Below, in pieces: positions 49,343 through 63,640 of a DNA stretch of 64,000 nucleotides. A model generated the notes under the pieces. That model saw only the letters and a list, made by a program, of their open reading frames with translations, did not search any database and was not told the origin of the DNA. Location: NCBI RefSeq assembly GCF_036321535.1, contig NC_087450.1, positions 57,908,001 to 57,972,000 of the forward strand, in the 5' to 3' direction. The stretch comes from Camelus dromedarius. Lineage: Eukaryota. The number at the start of each line of letters is the position of its first letter. The first letter of the stretch is position 1. The translations under genes were made by a program, and so were the position numbers.

Positions 49343-51734
49343 GAATGGCATTTCTTTAAAAATGTCTTTTCTATTTATTTAAAATTAATATCTTGCACTG
49401 CTTCTCTTATACCAAAAGTACAGAGTAACAACAAAGCCAATGAAGAAATTATGAGGAAGGAAGCAGGGGCACAGAGAAGTACAGAGTCTTGATCTGGAGC
49501 CTTCTGTAGGAAGAACGCTAGCTTTGGGATGGGAAGACTGGGTTCAAGTATGTGGTCGGCCATCTACCAGCTAGGTGTCACCATGCCTGGCTATGTCTCA
49601 TCTGTAAATGAGAGCACCCCCCACCCTCCCATCCCACCTTCACGAATGAGGTAATAAAGATGGAGGCACTCTGGAAACTTTATGAAGTTCCACACAAATT
49701 ATATATATGATTGTGAAAGCGGCCAGAAATTCTCTCTGGCAGGTTTGTCAGTCCAAGTACAAAGGAAAGACCAAGAAATGTGTTTGGAGCTTGTTCAAAG
49801 CCATCAAAGTGGCAGTGCTTACTCAGCAAGGGTGTGTGTGACATGCTTGCTGAACCCTTTCTACCTAGCTCCAGAGATGACATCGGCATGCATAAAGGCA
49901 CTGAGGAGGGGCATCTGCTGCCCTAGCATGCTTAAAACCACTTTTAGCTTTCTGGGAACCCTAAAAACTCTTTGCAAAAGGGCCAAATACACAGGTCTCC
50001 TTCTTGATCAACAGCACTATAGAACTGATGGTAGAGAGCAAATTTAAAATTCTGAAAATGGTGATATCCTAAAAGTTTTCTTATAATTTAAACAGGTGGT
50101 TTGCAAATCAATGTCACATTTTGGAATCTAAATCCTAAGGTACAGGGACTATCACATCTTAGTTTGTAGATCTATTTTGTTTATCATTTCCTCCTCACTA
50201 CTGAGTAATACAAACTCAATATAGGACATTTATAAGATACATAAAGGTAGAAGAAAAGAAAAAATGCATTACCATAACTCAGAAATAGCACTCCAATATT
50301 TTGTTAGATTTATTTCTAATATTTATTGAACATTTTCATTTTACATAATTATGATTATATTGTATATAATTTTGTAGTTTGGCCTATTTCATTTTTATTG
50401 TAACATAAACATCTTCCATGCTCTTATGTACTCTTCACAAACATGATCTTAAAAGCTGCATAACGTTCCTCTGAATATACATAATACATTTACTTAACCA
50501 TTATCTTTCTGTTAGATATTTAAGTTAAAGAAGGTTGAAAATATTTATGTATAATTTTTTTTATATTTCAAATTATTTCTAGAAAGTTTGTGAGAAGTTA
50601 AATTTCTCTATCCTGATTCTTTTTAATACTGTCTTTAAAAGGCACTTAAAAATATCAGATGATAGTAGTGTCTCTGCACATTAGAATGGTTTTAGTTCTG
50701 TTTGTTGCTCTCAGAAGAGTTAGAGAAGAAATACTAGTAAATTACACACACTGGCCAGAAAATCCTGCCACCCTCATCTCTGTTCAACAGCAACTATGTG
50801 AGCTTGATCCCTGCCATAACCCAGCCTGTGTCACTTACATCTTGGTAATTCCTTGTGTTTCTTCCATAATCTAGTATTCCCTCTAAAAGCTCAAGATGTT
50901 GGAATATATGAGAGAACACAGGAACTTTCCATATTTTGAAAGAACCATCAAAGAAATAAATCAAAAAAACAAAATCCAAAATAGTCATTCTGATCTACAC
51001 AACATGCCAAAATGTAGAAATCAGACTTTCCACATTCTGGAATCTTAATCAAATAGCTAGTGACTTCTGAAACCTCAACAAGAGACATACATGTCTTAGC
51101 GTAATAAATGATAGATCTGAAAATTTTAAATTATTTTTCCTTTTTAAAAAATACTTTAAATTACAGACTTAATATTTATATTTGTGTATATATGTTACCA
51201 CATATTTGTGTTTATTTTTATAGTTAAAATATACTATACATACAGTTTTGTATATTGCTTTTTTTCATATAACATGTCTTTTTTATTAAAACACATTCAA
51301 TCACATTTTTTATATTGCTTAAGCAATAATATAGTCATACCATGTTTGTGTTTTCTGTTAAGAATAGAAGTCCTGAATTTCTCACATTTCTAGTTTGGCA
51401 GGAAATTCAGGAATGGATTCCATCGGCAGATTCCATTGGGGTTACCTGTGTCTCGGTATACTGTGAACCAGGTCTAGTGAGGCTTTCTTCACATTTTGTG
51501 TTTCATCCTACCAGACTTTGACTTCCATTTGTTTTACAGACTAGAAATAGTATTATATTTTAACCATTTTAAATGGTCCGAAATATTTTAAGAAAGGATG
51601 CTGAAATGAAGTTCCATGTTACTATGGACCCTGTCACAAAGCTTTAATAACCTGTGATTTGAGAGGATTCTATACATTGTTCATTACAATTCTAGTGAGT
51701 AAAAGCTTCCTCACCATACACACCACACACTTAC

Positions 51735-51882
51735 CAGGGAGATTGACTTCCATCAAGTATTTCATACACAAGATGTTTGGATGAAGATAGCAGTCTTCAG
51801 TAATATCTGGAAAACGTGGCAAATCTAAAAATGTGGCAACTTCAATGACTTTTTTATAGATATCCTCATAGTTAGGCCAAGA
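51735..51882 (-). CDS. TAF1B: TAF1B exon 9 (148 nt)
   Basis: Not in the ORF track; read by hand as [49 protein letters not shown](D); acceptor tttcag|TCT, donor CTG|gtaagt. I found no upstream exon before the window end. Confidence 0.96.
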
Positions 51883-52769
51883 CTGAAATGAAAGAGAGAG
51901 TCAAGGTAGCAATTTTTGCAACATAAATAATTTTTTAAGTACTTTCTGATTTTAAAAGTAGTATCTATTCATTGGATAAAATTTGGAATGTAAAGAAAAG
52001 CATTAAGGGGAAACACCCACAAATCCGAAATATCCTCACTGAGCAGTTTTAAACAGCAATGATGCTAAATTAACAGCCACTACAGTTCTGTCTCGCTCAT
52101 AAAACTCTTACTGGCTTCATCTTGCCACCCACAGAAGAATCTGGGGAAGGGGGCAAAGCTGCAACCCAACTGCAGTTACACTGCTGTCGGACTCACTCCC
52201 TCTCATCCTTCTTTGCAGGCATCCTCTCACCAGTCCTCAAATTCACAGCTAACAGTTCTGGCTCACTGTTACATAATACTCATGTGCATCTATGGGGGAG
52301 ACAACACCAGGGTTTAAGCCTAATAGTTAAAGATGTGCAATTCAACCTCCTACTTCCCCGCATAATAGCATATAAGAGACTCACAGAATTCAGGAAAATC
52401 TATGAGCTAATACTAATAAATGAATTCTGTTCACTTTAAGATCACCCTTGTAGTTTAACAGGTATGCTATTTATATTTTTGCAACTTCTAAACATTCTTC
52501 ATATTAATACTACATATAATTTTTCACTTACTCACCCATTCACATAAAAATATTAAATTTAGAGTCTAGTCTATGCAAGGTACTTTGGGAAATATAAAGA
52601 CGAATAAAACCATCTGTTCAAGGAGTTTATGATCTAGAAAGGGAGATAAGGTGTACAAAAATAATCCCAGTATAAGATAGAAGGTTATCGAGGACCACAA
52701 GCAAGATTTTTTTTTAAAGGCTTATGAAACTTCAGAAAAACTCACATTTCCAATATGGTTAAGACCCCA

Positions 52770-53390
52770 TTAAAATTGGGCCTGCATATAAATATCTTGG
52801 AAACCTGTTTGGCAGTATTTATTAAAGTTGAGCACGTACACATCCTACGACAAAGCAATTCTAGCTCCATATGCCTAATGGAAATGTGTGTGCATGTCTA
52901 CGAAGAGACATGCACTAGAATGTTCACAACAACACTATTTGTAAAAGCCCCAAGCTAGAAACTATCCAAATGCCATCAACAATAGACTTGATAGAGTAAA
53001 TATCAAGTAAATTTTGATACAGTCTCACAGTGGAACACTATACAGCAAAGAAATGAATGTTCTACATGCAACAATATGAATGAATCTTCCAAACATAACA
53101 CTAGCAGAAGCCAGATGCAAAAGAGAATGATTCCACGTATTTAAACTACAAAAGTCAGCAATTCAGCACCCAGCTTCTATGCAGTTAGAAGTCAGGAGAG
53201 TGATTACTCTTGGGTGGGCGAGGTAAGGACTGGAAGTGAGCACAAGGGTGCAGCTTCTGGGGTGCTAGCAATGTTGTTTCTTGACCCAGGGGTGATTCAG
53301 GTTATAAAAATTCATCAGATTTTGTTCATTTGTGATTTGTTCACTTTCCTGTATGTCTAGTTTACCTCAATAAAACAAGTTTTTAAGTGA
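52770..53390 (+). mobile_element. Old L1M ORF2 end and 3'UTR
   Basis: TTGGAAACCTGTTTGGCAGTAT...CACTAGAATGTTCACA...GAAACTATCCAAATGCCATCAACA...TACCTCAATAAAA. Confidence 0.8.
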
Positions 53391-55184
53391 TGAGAAAGGA
53401 AAGAATATCAGTTGAGTCAACTATTTTGTATAACAGAATCACTTCATACATCACCTTGTAGGAGAAATAATCTAGTTAGCAAATTCAGAGTTGGAAAGAC
53501 CCTTAGAAGTATATGGTCTAACTTTACAAAATCTCCAGCACATAGATGTCTAACCCATCTTGTAAATCTCCAGTGAAGGGAACTCAATACCTTCCCTGAA
53601 GGGAGTCTATTCCACCTCTAATGGGTTTAATCATTAAAAAGTTCTTCCTTATTCTAAGTGATAATCTGCTTCCCAATTTGAGCCAATAATACCATAAGTC
53701 ATGTCTTGCCAGCTTCTAAATGTGTGAAGCTGTTTGGGAGCTAACTGAAGGAATGAATAGTTCTCTGTTAAATTTTACTTTGGTACATTCAGCTCATATG
53801 CGATTATAAAGCATAAGGAAATACTTTATAATGGTACAGGAGATGCTCAGAGAAATCTGTCAATTTCTAGAATTTACAACTATGCTTGATTTTACTTTGT
53901 GTGAAGTTACAGTCTTCATGGTATTATGTTTATTTTGATACCACTATTTCAATGTCTAAACTCTTGAGTTTTATTAGAAAAAAAGGTTTTCAGCTCATTA
54001 TCATTAACACATGATTAACCTGTAGCTGAAGAATACAAAGTAAATTTCAACCCAAAGTAGCAATGAGGCCTTTTAAGTCTTTTTGTTAAATATTGAGATG
54101 GAGTAATTCTACTTGTATACTAAAATACTATTAATTGTATTCTACTCTGTGAATGTAAAAGAGAAAAAAGGAAAGCATAAGTTCTCAGTGACCTTTGGGA
54201 AAAGCTGTCTTTTTTCTTTATAAAATAAATTCAGTTAGACCTCTGCTGCATTTTGCACAGATTTTGAAGCATCTTTTCAAGTTAAAATAATTTTAACATT
54301 ACTGACAAGATTTATGGCAACCCTAGTCCTTTTAAATAATACAAGTAGGAGATGAAATTAAGTATTTTAATCTGCAAACACACACTAGAGGAGTGAATAT
54401 TCCCCTTTGAAAAATAATCATCTCAAAAAAAATTTTAATGGATGATAAGTTCATGCCAAGTAACTGTAAAGGAGTCTAGTGAGCTAAAAAGATTTAATAT
54501 AATTTCAAAACATCCACACTGGCATCCACTACCTTCTGTCTCCAACATCACTTGAAGTGGTGGCCCTACAGGGCTTGGCCATGGACTACCCTCCCTATAC
54601 GGTGGCTCCCATTTCAACTGAGCAAGGCCACTCTGGGGGGCCTGCACCACTAGCTCAACAAAGCATCTGACCTTGAGGAGAAGGCTGGGAGTACACTGTT
54701 TTAGAGAATATGGTCAGTGTCACATTTTTGTTTCTTCATGTTGTCCATAGCCCAGAGAGGGGATTCAGGTTCTAATGTGGACAAGATTCTAAACCATAGA
54801 TAACTATCATATAATAATTACAGTAAACATTTAATGACTATGTTAGAATAGTCTTATTCTGACTTTTAGAAAATGCATTCATGTAAGGAACACCCCCAAG
54901 AAAAGGGTCTCATAGAAGCTGCTGGATATTTGTGCTGTATTTTCATTTGGTGAGGGGACTCTCTGATGTATTAAGTAGAATAAGGGGGCTTCCTGAACCC
55001 TGTTTAAAACTTTGTATGTTTAGTAAGGTATAGTAGTATTTTATTTTATACTGGTCCTTTGGTTATCTGCTAATTAATTTTATGTCATTTTTTTTTTTTT
55101 GTGGGACAGGATGGCATAACAAAAGACAGACAGTCAGAGGCAGAGATGATGAGACTAGTCTGTAACCACTCAAATACTATTTCT

Positions 55185-55320
55185 GTCAAAATCACTTGCA
55201 AGATGCCTGTTAAAAATGCATTTTCCTAGATCCCACACCACACTTACTGAATCCATCCCTGACATTAGGTCTAAGAATCTGTAAATAAACAAGCTCTCCA
55301 AAATATTCTTGTGCAAAAAT
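55185..55320 (+). mobile_element. MER5A-like hAT fragment
   Basis: AAAATCACTTGCAAGATGCCTGTTAAAAATGCA...CTACTGAATCC-like core...AAACAAGCTCTCC. Confidence 0.6.
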
Positions 55321-56540
55321 AAATTAAATTGAAATAAAATGAAGTGGCTCTCGATCTCATTTTTCTTGTAGCCTGGAAGAGACCCTCAGATGGTTTTACT
55401 TCACACGCTTGACAAGAGAAGTTCACCCACAAATTCCAGTGATGGGCAAGATGCTATGGGAAGCCAGGAACAAAAGAAAACATCAGCTGGTTTCTATTCA
55501 TGCCATCTGGCAGCAGTAATTCTGGAAGGGAGTGGGAGTGAGGGAAACTGAGAACAGCTGTTATCATTACATTCGCCTTTATTTCCCTCAGGTAGATTTC
55601 AAACCTGATTATTATTCTAACAAAGATTGCACAAACAATCCCAAGAGCTCATGTGGCCTAAGATGGTGAAAAATCTGGAGTAAAGTTTGAAGAATCAGTG
55701 TATTAAAACTTGATCCAATAAGACCTTCATTTGGAGGTGCTTAAAAAGTGACTGACAGCTCTGGAGAAGTCTTTTTCTTCCTTCAACCAACAGGGACCTA
55801 GTTTCACAAAGGGTGTAAGATTGCTCCGAGGCCAAATGAATCATCATGGCAAAGTGCCACTCAGTGGGTTTGGCTGAACCAGCATTACATCTTTTCTTTT
55901 TACTCATTCAGAGAGAGAAGATCAGAATGCTGTTGATCAACATTCAAAATACTGCAGATGTACTTCGGAATGAATTTCCAGTTTCCTCTTTATCACTTCT
56001 TGCTGAGTCTAGTGAGGGATGACGAAATGATTAATTCTTGAGTGGATTTAGAAACACTGTCAAGGACCATGGTAGAATAATATGTATATAACTTATTAAC
56101 TGTTTAGAAATTGGTCTGTGGGTTTAACATACATAAAAATAAAGAAAATCAAGGCTGAAGAGATAGAAGTAGCCCTACTGTCTGTTAAGTCACTGGCAGA
56201 ACAAACTGTATCTGTAACAGAGACGAGTGTGTCTATGCCCAACTCTGGTTCAAACAGCAATTTGATTATTTGTTACTTCATTTTGAGATGGTGTCCCTGA
56301 AAAAGAACAGATTTTCAGTTTATTCTACCAGATGAACTGAGAGATTTTTGCTAGAAGTAAATGATGCTTCGAATGAGCACCATGCTTCAGAAACTTGTCT
56401 CAAAAATAAAGCAGCAGTACAGGCAGAGGCAGAAAAAGGAGGAAGTTGTCTTTAAATAAGTAAAGAAAATGAAACGGCCATCTACCAGGAGTTGGGAATC
56501 ACAATTCAGAAAAAGGAGATGGTTGGAAATACTAAAACTT

Positions 56541-56713
56541 TTTTTTTAATCGAAGCATAGTCAGTTTACAGTGTTGTGTCAATTTCTGGTGTACAGCATA
56601 ATAGTTCAGTAATACATGAACATATATATATTCATTTTCATATTCTTTTTCATTATAGGTTATTATAAGATATTGAATATAGTTTCCTGTGCTGTACAGA
56701 AGAAACTTGTTTA
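56541..56713 (-). mobile_element. Short 5'-truncated lineage-type L1 3' end with TSD
   Basis: Reverse complement of the 13.7-kb family with a T-tract; flanked by TTGGAAATACTAAAACTT (56523-56540) and TTGGAAACACTGAAACTT (56714-56731). Confidence 0.88.
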
Positions 56714-59700
56714 TTGGAAACACTGAAACTTAATCTGTACACCCGTCTCCTCTCCTGAGCTTTGCTCTTAAGTCAGGGTGATGGCAAGAAGACAAACTCT
56801 CCCAGCTTGCTTCAAAGAAGAAACAAACCACATCAATACGCTCTGTACTCTGTATTCCATTCCCTATGTTTCAAGTGAGTTTTGTCAGATTTATTGCTTT
56901 TGGGACAGAGGGGCCCACTTAAATACTAACGCACAACACTTTAATGGAAAGAAATTGTTCACACAAGGTAAAGGTGTAAGGATCTTTAAAGCTTCCCCCC
57001 CATCCACTTTGGTTTGTTTTTAAGGTGTGCTCAACTTTCTGGAATAGCAAAAGCAAAACAAAACCAAACACAGAAGAAAAACAGTCCCCAGCAGCCCACA
57101 CACACAAACTCCACAGGCATTATCTTCACTACCATCTCCTAGAACAATTGCACCTTTTGTCATTTCTGGTGGAGGTACACAGCTGCTGAAGAAGCCAAGA
57201 CTTAGCAGAGAAGGCTAAGACATGGAAGGAGGGAGGAAAATGCTTCCTTTGTTAATGAAAAGCTGTTTCCATTTAAAAGTTTCAACATCCTATGGAATAG
57301 TGAATGCACTTTTGTGAGCAAAGGCAAAGCGTACAATGATGAGAAGCTGCCTGTCAATTAAATAAACAGTCATTTGAAGACATCCCAAACTTTCCCCCTT
57401 TTTCTTGAAGAAGTGGGGGAGGGGAAGGAGGGAACATGGACTAGATATGGCTGAAGACGTGTCTATAAGGCATAGTAAATGGGACGCATGGGCTTCTAGA
57501 GTGATACAGATTCATTTAATTACAATCCTAAGAAATCACAAGGTTAGTATGTTTTTTAAAAGACCACAAGGCTATAATAAATTGTTCTAGCATGCATTAA
57601 AAACAGAGTGCTTGGGAAAGCATTTTATTGAATTTCACAAATATTCCAGTGAGTTTACTTTCCTTCGTGAAGCAATGCCTTCAGACAGGTAAGGACAAGC
57701 TAGAGTTTCTGTTACACAACAGCAGGCTCTGGTGATAAACCTGATTACAATACCCTGTCAGAGATGAACTTCCTGCTTTGCTATTAAAAAAAAAAAGAAT
57801 ACAGTGCCTCACCCTGACTTATTCTTATTGTTGTTTTGAAGCAAAGATTCAGCTGAGAAAAACCTAATGCTACATGCACCTGTTAACCCAAACTTAAAAC
57901 AAGACTTTCTATTACAAAGGAAAATCAAGGAATAAAAGTATGTCAAAAGAAATGACAGAGCACTGTAATTTATTATTTATGGAGGAAGGATAAAATGAAT
58001 TCCACATGTATTATGATTCACAGAATAGTTCAACTCGTAATTTTAGTCTGCTAGAGTTATTTTAATGGTTGTAAATCTATCAGTAGTAACAAAAAATACT
58101 TTATGATCAAAGTCTAATCCTCTGGAAGTTTGTGCTGAACACATTACTTCATGTGAAATATGTTTCTTGGTCCTGGAGATGAGACCATTTTAGAAACATG
58201 CCATTAACCTGCATAGACCAACATAAACCTTAGGGACAAAAACAAATTTATGAACTGATGACCAACTGACCAGGAGACAGTAATTTGTTTTGGCTCAGGG
58301 TCAGAGCTGGAGAAACCTATTTGAGTCCTCCCTTCCTAAGATGTGTTTCTTCTCCAAATATTCTGCTGATTGTGCCATACCCATGTTCAAATTTCGCATA
58401 TCTATACTAATGTAGATTAAAAGCTGGTATCCAGAAGAATAGGTAATCCCAAAATAATTTCTGTTTGATCTTGGCAGGGTTATGTGATTATTTTTACAGC
58501 AGACTAACCTTTGTCATGATTCAGTTTTCTTTAGGCTGATACAGAACTTGGTTCCATTCTCTTCTCCTGGGAAGGAGAGGTAAGGGGAGGTCTGGGCTGA
58601 GCATGCTGTGTACTGGGGTCGGGGGGGTGGGTACTGGCACAGGATCAAACTAAGTCACAGGAAATTCACATGAAATCATTGGTTTCACTTAGCAAATATG
58701 AGGTGTGATTCTCCTAAAAGAAGTATCATCAATAGAGTCTCAAACATACATTTTCTGACTGGGGTAATTTACTATTGGTTTCAGTATATTGGTGAACAGT
58801 ACAAATTAACTGGTAAGGTTATTTATCTCACACACTGGATTTCATGAGTGATACTGATAAACCCGTAACTTGCATGTTTAAATGTCCTTGCTTATAAGTG
58901 GAAGTTACATCCCTTACACACTTACCACTAAAATATCAGTAGAATGCTTTTTTATTTTTTCAATCAAAAAACCACTATTTAATAGCCTCCTGATATATTA
59001 TGTAATAAACACATAAGAAGCAGTCTGGAAGTTTACTACTTAGGTGGGAAAAAATCCCCAACAGATCTATTTAAAATCTCCTTTAAATAAAGTATTTAAA
59101 CTTATTCTGTTTCTCAGCTATTTCAAATCACTTAATCAATAAACACACAGTCCCTACCATGTATATGGAATTATATATTAAGTCTTATGATGATGATAAA
59201 ATAAAAATATTACATATAACTTCTACTCTCAAAGAACAGTTAGGGATGCAAGAAATATACAAACACATTCACGCATCTCATACTGCCTTTTTATCTCTGT
59301 TTTAGAAATTCTTTAGACAACCGCCTCTAGCTTCCTTTAAAATCTTGAAAAATACAAAAGAATACATGTAACATATCTGTAAGCTATGAAGCATGATCCT
59401 AAAATGAACACCCATGAATCCACTGCCCAACTTCAGAACTGGAACATTACCAACACTGTCTACTATGTTCTCCTTCGGCAGTCCTCCCTCTCTGCCTCCC
59501 CCTCCAGAGGTAACTAGTATCCTGCATTTTGCTCACCATGAAATTGTTTTTTAAAAAATAGTTTAATCATACACATAAATATATCTATAAAAATATATTC
59601 AGTTTAACTTCTTTTTTGAACTTTATAAAAATGGTACCATACTATACATAGCTTTCTGAATTTTGCCTTTTATACTCAGCAGAATGTTTCTAAGATTCAT

Positions 59701-60634
59701 TCGTGTTGCTTGTGGCTGTCGGTGATTCATTTTCATAGCTGTCTAATATACTATGTCTGATTATGTCACATGTTATCCATTTTCCTATTGATACACATTT
59801 AGATTTGTTTTGTTTTTTCATCACTTAGCTGCCTTCTTTAGCCTTTAAATGCCAAACACAAAACTCCATCAACAGAGAACTAGTTAGCTAACCTAACTAA
59901 GTGGCATATCTATACTGTGAAGCTCCAAGAAAAGTAAAAACTTATAAGTAAAATGCAGTTATATAAGAGAATATCGCTATTCTTACAAATATACACTAAA
60001 ATACTTAGGGGCCATGACAGATGTAACTTACCCTCAATGATTCAGAAATAGAATTGGATAGACAGACTGACAGATAGTCAGAGAGACTAGCACAAATGGT
60101 AAAACAATGGGATAAAATAATAACAATAGTTGAATCTGGGTAAAGGATATATTTTTATTTTTGTAACTTTTCTGTAAATCAAAAATTATTCCAAAACTAC
60201 AAGTTCATTTTTTTTAAAAAAAGCTAAGATATAAGTGAAAAAGGCAATGTGCAATAGTTATTGTTACTAAAACATAATCTCATTTTTTTTTATGCTTATA
60301 CTTTCTATCAAAATCTCTACAAGAAAACACTCTCCTATTTTACCTCTGTCCCCTCACTCAAGAATAACAAAAATAGTCAACAAAAGAGATTATTATTAGG
60401 GCAAGTATTTTGTATGAACAAAATCCTATAACCATGACCTTCCAATAACTGTAGAAAATTTTGAAGCAAAGATTAGATAATATTCATGAATATGATTTTT
60501 TTTTAATCCAAGAATGAATGAGCAGTAAGATACTTTTAGGCATTCAAGAAAGAATGGTTTAGGTAATACTCACCTAAAAAGCATCTAAACAATGATTCTA
60601 CTTCTAAATGTCTAAAAATTAGTATTTGGAACAC

Positions 60635-63600
60635 TTTTGTTTCTGCCCATGAAGGATTAACTACTGCAGGAATTGACTTCCTACTACAAACATAGAACAG
60701 GAAAAAAATGCATGAAACAACAGTTTCAGGCACTGGACAAAAGGAAGCACAGGACTATACCCCCTGAGAAGAGAAACTTAAGTGGCCACAGATTACTCCT
60801 GGAGGCAGTCTCCAAACTGTGTATAGGGAACAGGGAGTGAAACAGAGCCCAGTGGTCTTGCTGAGTTAAGGAGAGGCTGCAGTTCCTAGAAACTGAGGTG
60901 TCTGTAATTTGAAGGCGAAGTACCAGTGAGGATAAAGCTGCAGAGAGAGAATTCCGGAGATCTGCAAAGAAAAAACCTAACGCCAAGGGAGAAAAAATCA
61001 CTGGATTTTCCCAACGAATCCAAACAATTCTGAGGGACATGCCTTAGTAGTGCAGCTAAATTAGTCCCAGATATAAAGGCTCTGGAACAGCCATAAAAAA
61101 AAAATCTTAAAAATAAGCTTTAAAAGATCAAACTGACATCCAAGTTATCCAGTCATACACCAGAATAAAAATCCAGTATTCAACAATATAAAATTCTACA
61201 TTCAATAAAAATCACCAGGCGTGCAAAGAAGCAGGAAAACATGACACATAATTAGCAGATAAACCAATCATCTGAAACAGACCAGAAATAACAGAGTAGA
61301 CAAGAACCTTCAAACACCTATTATACACATTGTCAATAAACTTGAGGATGTAAAAGAAAACATGAGGGAAATTAAAAAAAAAGACTAACATGAAACTTCT
61401 AGAAATGAAAAATACACAATCTGAAATGAAAAACATACCAGGTGGGTTTAACAGCAGTATTAGACACTCAAGAAGTAAAGCTCAGTGAATCTGAAGTTAT
61501 CGCCATAGAAACTATCCAAAACAAAACACACTGAGGGAAAAAACGAGAGAGAACAGAAGCCTTTGTGAGCTGTGGTCTAACATGTAACTGGTATCCCAGA
61601 AAAAAATCAAGGTGAAGAGAAAAAAATTTTTTGAAGAAATGAAGAATAAAAAGTTTCCAAATTTGATGAAAACCATACACCCACAGATCTAAGGTCAATG
61701 AACCCCAAGGCAGAAGGAACCATACCAAGGCACATCACAATCCAACTGATGAAAAACAAGTGATAAAGCAAAAATCTTAAAAAGCAACTAGAAGGGAAAA
61801 TAAAAGCAACTAGAAGAAGAAAAAGAAAAATTACATAGAGAATAACAAAGAAAAGAATGACAGCAGACTGGCTTCTCATCAGAAATCAGGCAAGGCCTAC
61901 ATTTGACAAGCCCATAGCAAACATCATACTCAATGGTGAAAAGTTAAAAGCTTTTCCTCTAACAATAAGACAAGGATATTATTCCATGTGGTACTGGAAG
62001 TCCTAATCAGAAGAGTTAGGCAGGAAAAGAAAGAAAAGGTATCCACACCAAAAAGAAAGAAGTAAAACTATCTCTATTTGCAGGTGACATGGTATTACAT
62101 GTAGGAAATCCTAAAGACTCCACCCAGAAAAAACTGTTAGTATAAACAAATTCAGTAAATTGCAGGATACAAAATCAATATATGAAAATCAGCTTCGGGG
62201 AGTAGGGTACAGCTCATTGGTAGAGGGCATGCTTACCATGCACAAGGTCCTGGGTTCAATCCCCAGTATCTCCACTAAAAATAATAAATAAATAAACCTA
62301 ATCCCCTCCCCCCAACAAAAGAAAATCAGTTGCATTTCTACACACTAACAATGAACTATCAGAAAGAGAATTTTTTTAAAAATCCCATTTACAATTGCAT
62401 CAAAAAGGGTAAACTATCTAGGAATAAATTTAACCAAGAAGGTTAAAGATCTGCACACTGAAAAATGTAAAACAGTGATGAAAGAAATTGAAGAAGACAT
62501 AAATATATGGAAATACATTCTGTACTCATGGATTGTAAGAATTGATACTATTAAAATGTCCACATTACCCAAAGTAATTACAGAGTCTTCATTATTCCTT
62601 AAAAAGATAAATGACTTTTTAAAGCAAAAATAATCCCAATGCATTGTGGAATATCTAACAGGTAAAAATAAAATGTTTAACACTAAGGGATGGGACAAGG
62701 GAACTGGAAGTAGGTATATTGTTGTAAGGGTCTTACACTGTACATGTACTGGTATAATACTATTTGAGGTAGACTGTGATACATTAAAGATGAATATTAT
62801 AAACTCCAGAGCAATCTCTCAAAAACTAGAGGTACAGTTAATAAATCAATAGTGGAGATAAAATGGAATTATAAAAAAAAAAAATCTTAATTCAAAAAAG
62901 GTAGAAAAAGAAAAAAAAAAGAAGTCAAAATCAGATGGGATAAATAATAGCAAGATGGTAAATTTAAACCTAACATTATTATAGTTACATTAAATATAAA
63001 TGGTCTAAAGAGTCTAAAATGCAGAGATTATCAGACTAGCTTTAAAAAAATCAAGATTTAACACTACCAACCAGAAATACACTTTAAATATTAAGAAACA
63101 GATAAATTAAAAATAAAAGACTGAAAAAAGATGCAGTGTACAAACATTAATTTAAAAAAGAATTAGAGTGGCTATATTAATATTAGACAAGGTAGACATT
63201 GGAACAAGAAATATTATCAGGGGGAAAAAAGGACATTACATAGTGATAAAGGAGTCAATTCATAAAGAAGACAAATATCCTAAGAATTACGTACCTAGTA
63301 GTAGTGCTACAAAATACCTGAAGCAAAGACTGATAGAATGTGAAAGAAAAGTTGCTTGCTATCATAGTTGGAGATTTCAATATTCTTCTCTCAGTAATTG
63401 ATAGGATGAGTAAAAATTAGTATTTGAATGGTTTCAGAGCAAAAATAAACCAAGCAAGTAAACATATCTCATTTCCCCTCTTAATTTATAAAACTTAGGT
63501 CTCAAATTATAAAAACTTAGGAGGGGCAGTTTAGATTTGATACAATATTGAGAATGTAATTTTTCAGGCTGAAATCTTGAAACATCACCAGAAATAAATG

Positions 63601-63640
63601 TGGCTATAATACTTGCAGGCACTTCTTACCACACTGCTCA
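60635..63640 (+). mobile_element. Composite L1: old L1M (MD/M4-like) 5'UTR-ORF1-endonuclease region, interrupted by an L1 ORF2 fragment (about 61895-62585)
   Basis: 5'UTR-like GCACTGGACAAAAGGAAGCACAGGACT; ORF1-like CCAAGGCACATCACAATCCAACT and TTCTCATCAGAAA; EN-like peptide AILILDKVDIGTRNIIRGKKGHYIVIKESIHKED; RT-region insert CCCATAGCAAACATCATACTCAATGGTGAAAAG. Confidence 0.85.
62197..62320 (+). mobile_element. Camelid-type tRNA-derived SINE inserted in L1 ORF2
   Basis: A-box-like CAGCTCATTGG and B-box-like GGTTCAATCC, tail AAATAAACCTAATCCCCTCCCCCC; exact GAAAATCAG TSD at 62184-62192 and 62321-62329. Confidence 0.92.

Noticed and set aside
61780-61816. 15-bp direct repeat AAAAGCAACTAGAAG
   Set aside because: Local slippage duplication in a dead L1 ORF1.
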